This document shows positions 63,520-64,000 of a stretch of 64,000 nt of DNA, piece by piece. The translations under genes were made by a program, and so were the position numbers. This stretch comes from Nitriliruptorales bacterium (GTDB lineage Bacteria > Actinomycetota > Nitriliruptoria > Euzebyales > JAHELV01), in NCBI GenBank assembly GCA_024644015.1, contig JAHELV010000005.1, positions 13,297 to 77,296 on the forward strand, read 5' to 3'. The notes beneath the pieces were generated by a model. The model had not been told where the DNA came from. It saw only the letters and a program-made list of their open reading frames with translations, and made no database searches. Within the stretch, counting starts at the first letter, position 1, and the number at the start of each line of letters is the position of its first letter.

Positions 63520-64000
63520 ATGCTGGGTCCGGCAAAGGCCGCTTCGGGCGGCGTCCTGTTCGCTGCGCAGCGCAAACGGCGCCTGGGCGACACGGTCGCT
63601 CTCGGCGGGGGTGCGATGGTGGTCGCATCGCTGGTGCTGCTGTCGAGTGCGCGTCTGCGCAGGGCCGACGTCCGCCTGGGAGATCTGTTGCGCCGCGGCC
63701 GATCGAGCGGCCGAGCGGACCTCGCGGTCGCCGCCGCGACCGATCTGGGCTCGATGTACGGCGTGCTCGGTGTCGCGTCCGCCCTGGGCCTCGCTGGCCG
63801 CCGCAGACTGGCCCGCGACGTCTTTCTCGTCGGGTCGACGGCTTGGAGCGTGGCTCAGGCGGCGAAGACGCGGGTCAAGCGCGAGCGTCCCTACGACGCC
63901 GAGGGTGTGGTGCGGCTGATCCGTCCGCCGACCGGGTCCTCGTATCCCAGCGGGCATGCAGCGGTCACCGCTGCGACCATGAGCGTGGTCGCAACCCACG
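63520..64000 (+). CDS. PAP2 family phosphatase, partial (3' end outside window)
   Basis: Own translation from ATG 63520 stays open to the window end. It contains KTRVKRERP (KX6RP motif) and YPSGHAAV (PSGH motif) plus TM segments. The track ORF 63611..63919 is in another frame. Confidence 0.72.
   Translation, partial: MLGPAKAASGGVLFAAQRKRRLGDTVALGGGAMVVASLVLLSSARLRRADVRLGDLLRRGRSSGRADLAVAAATDLGSMYGVLGVASALGLAGRRRLARDVFLVGSTAWSVAQAAKTRVKRERPYDAEGVVRLIRPPTGSSYPSGHAAVTAATMSVVATH

Noticed and set aside
63611-63919. 102-aa plus-strand ORF in the track at the right edge
   Set aside because: It is Cys/Arg/Trp-rich nonsense. Another frame starting at 63520 stays open to the window end and carries the PAP2 motifs KX6RP and PSGH.
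1-64000. CRISPR arrays, tRNA/rRNA genes, transposases, integrases and prophage genes
   Set aside because: I saw no periodic direct repeats with spacers, no cloverleaf-like or rRNA-like segments in the larger intergenic gaps, and no ORF with DDE transposase, tyrosine/serine recombinase or phage structural signatures. This was a visual scan only, so small RNAs could have been missed.

Overview
The window is a very GC-rich stretch of chromosome (around 70 percent by eye, not computed). Gene content and local synteny look actinobacterial: nrtR-nadABC, phoU/pstSCAB with a PhoP/RegX3-type two-component pair, DUF3151, DUF4032, and OMT-htrA-tatB. About 65 protein-coding genes are packed closely on both strands. 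I found no rRNA, tRNA, CRISPR array, transposase or integrase.

Most of the content is housekeeping:
- DNA repair: PolA-like polymerase, Fpg/Nei, XthA, Nth, RmuC.
- NAD synthesis: nadA, nadB, nadC plus an NrtR-like regulator.
- A phosphate-regulon super-cluster.
- Trk potassium uptake: trkA, trkA, trkH.
- A BMP-type ABC importer.
- Central metabolism and cofactor genes: ispH, pyk, fdxA, rsgA, ndh, pdxH, folP, pepA, htrA, tatB.

Many long ORFs in the supplied track are antisense or out-of-frame shadows typical of high-GC DNA, and I rejected them. Many real genes start well inside their maximal ORF. I moved those starts using signal peptides, conserved N-termini and Shine-Dalgarno-like sequences.

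The best candidate for an undescribed system is the three-gene minus-strand operon at 44838-48551. It encodes:
- a 710-aa bitopic membrane protein, with an ectodomain that looks like a vWA fold lacking its metal-site residues and a cytoplasmic Fic-like plus winged-helix region with a degenerate Fic signature;
- a DUF4397 protein with a non-canonical C-terminal sorting signal;
- a class F sortase.
An unusually AT-rich, palindrome-dense leader precedes the operon.

Other points worth a second look:
- A perfect 17-bp inverted repeat brackets 131 nt between folP and a ferredoxin gene.
- Tandem operator-like sites lie between nrtR and nadA.
- sigE-rseA is absent from the otherwise conserved OMT-htrA-tatB locus.
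- A kinase-like DUF4032 gene and a Stf0-like gene with a degenerate cofactor loop sit inside the Pho cluster.

All functional calls rest on motif recognition by eye. No searches were run.
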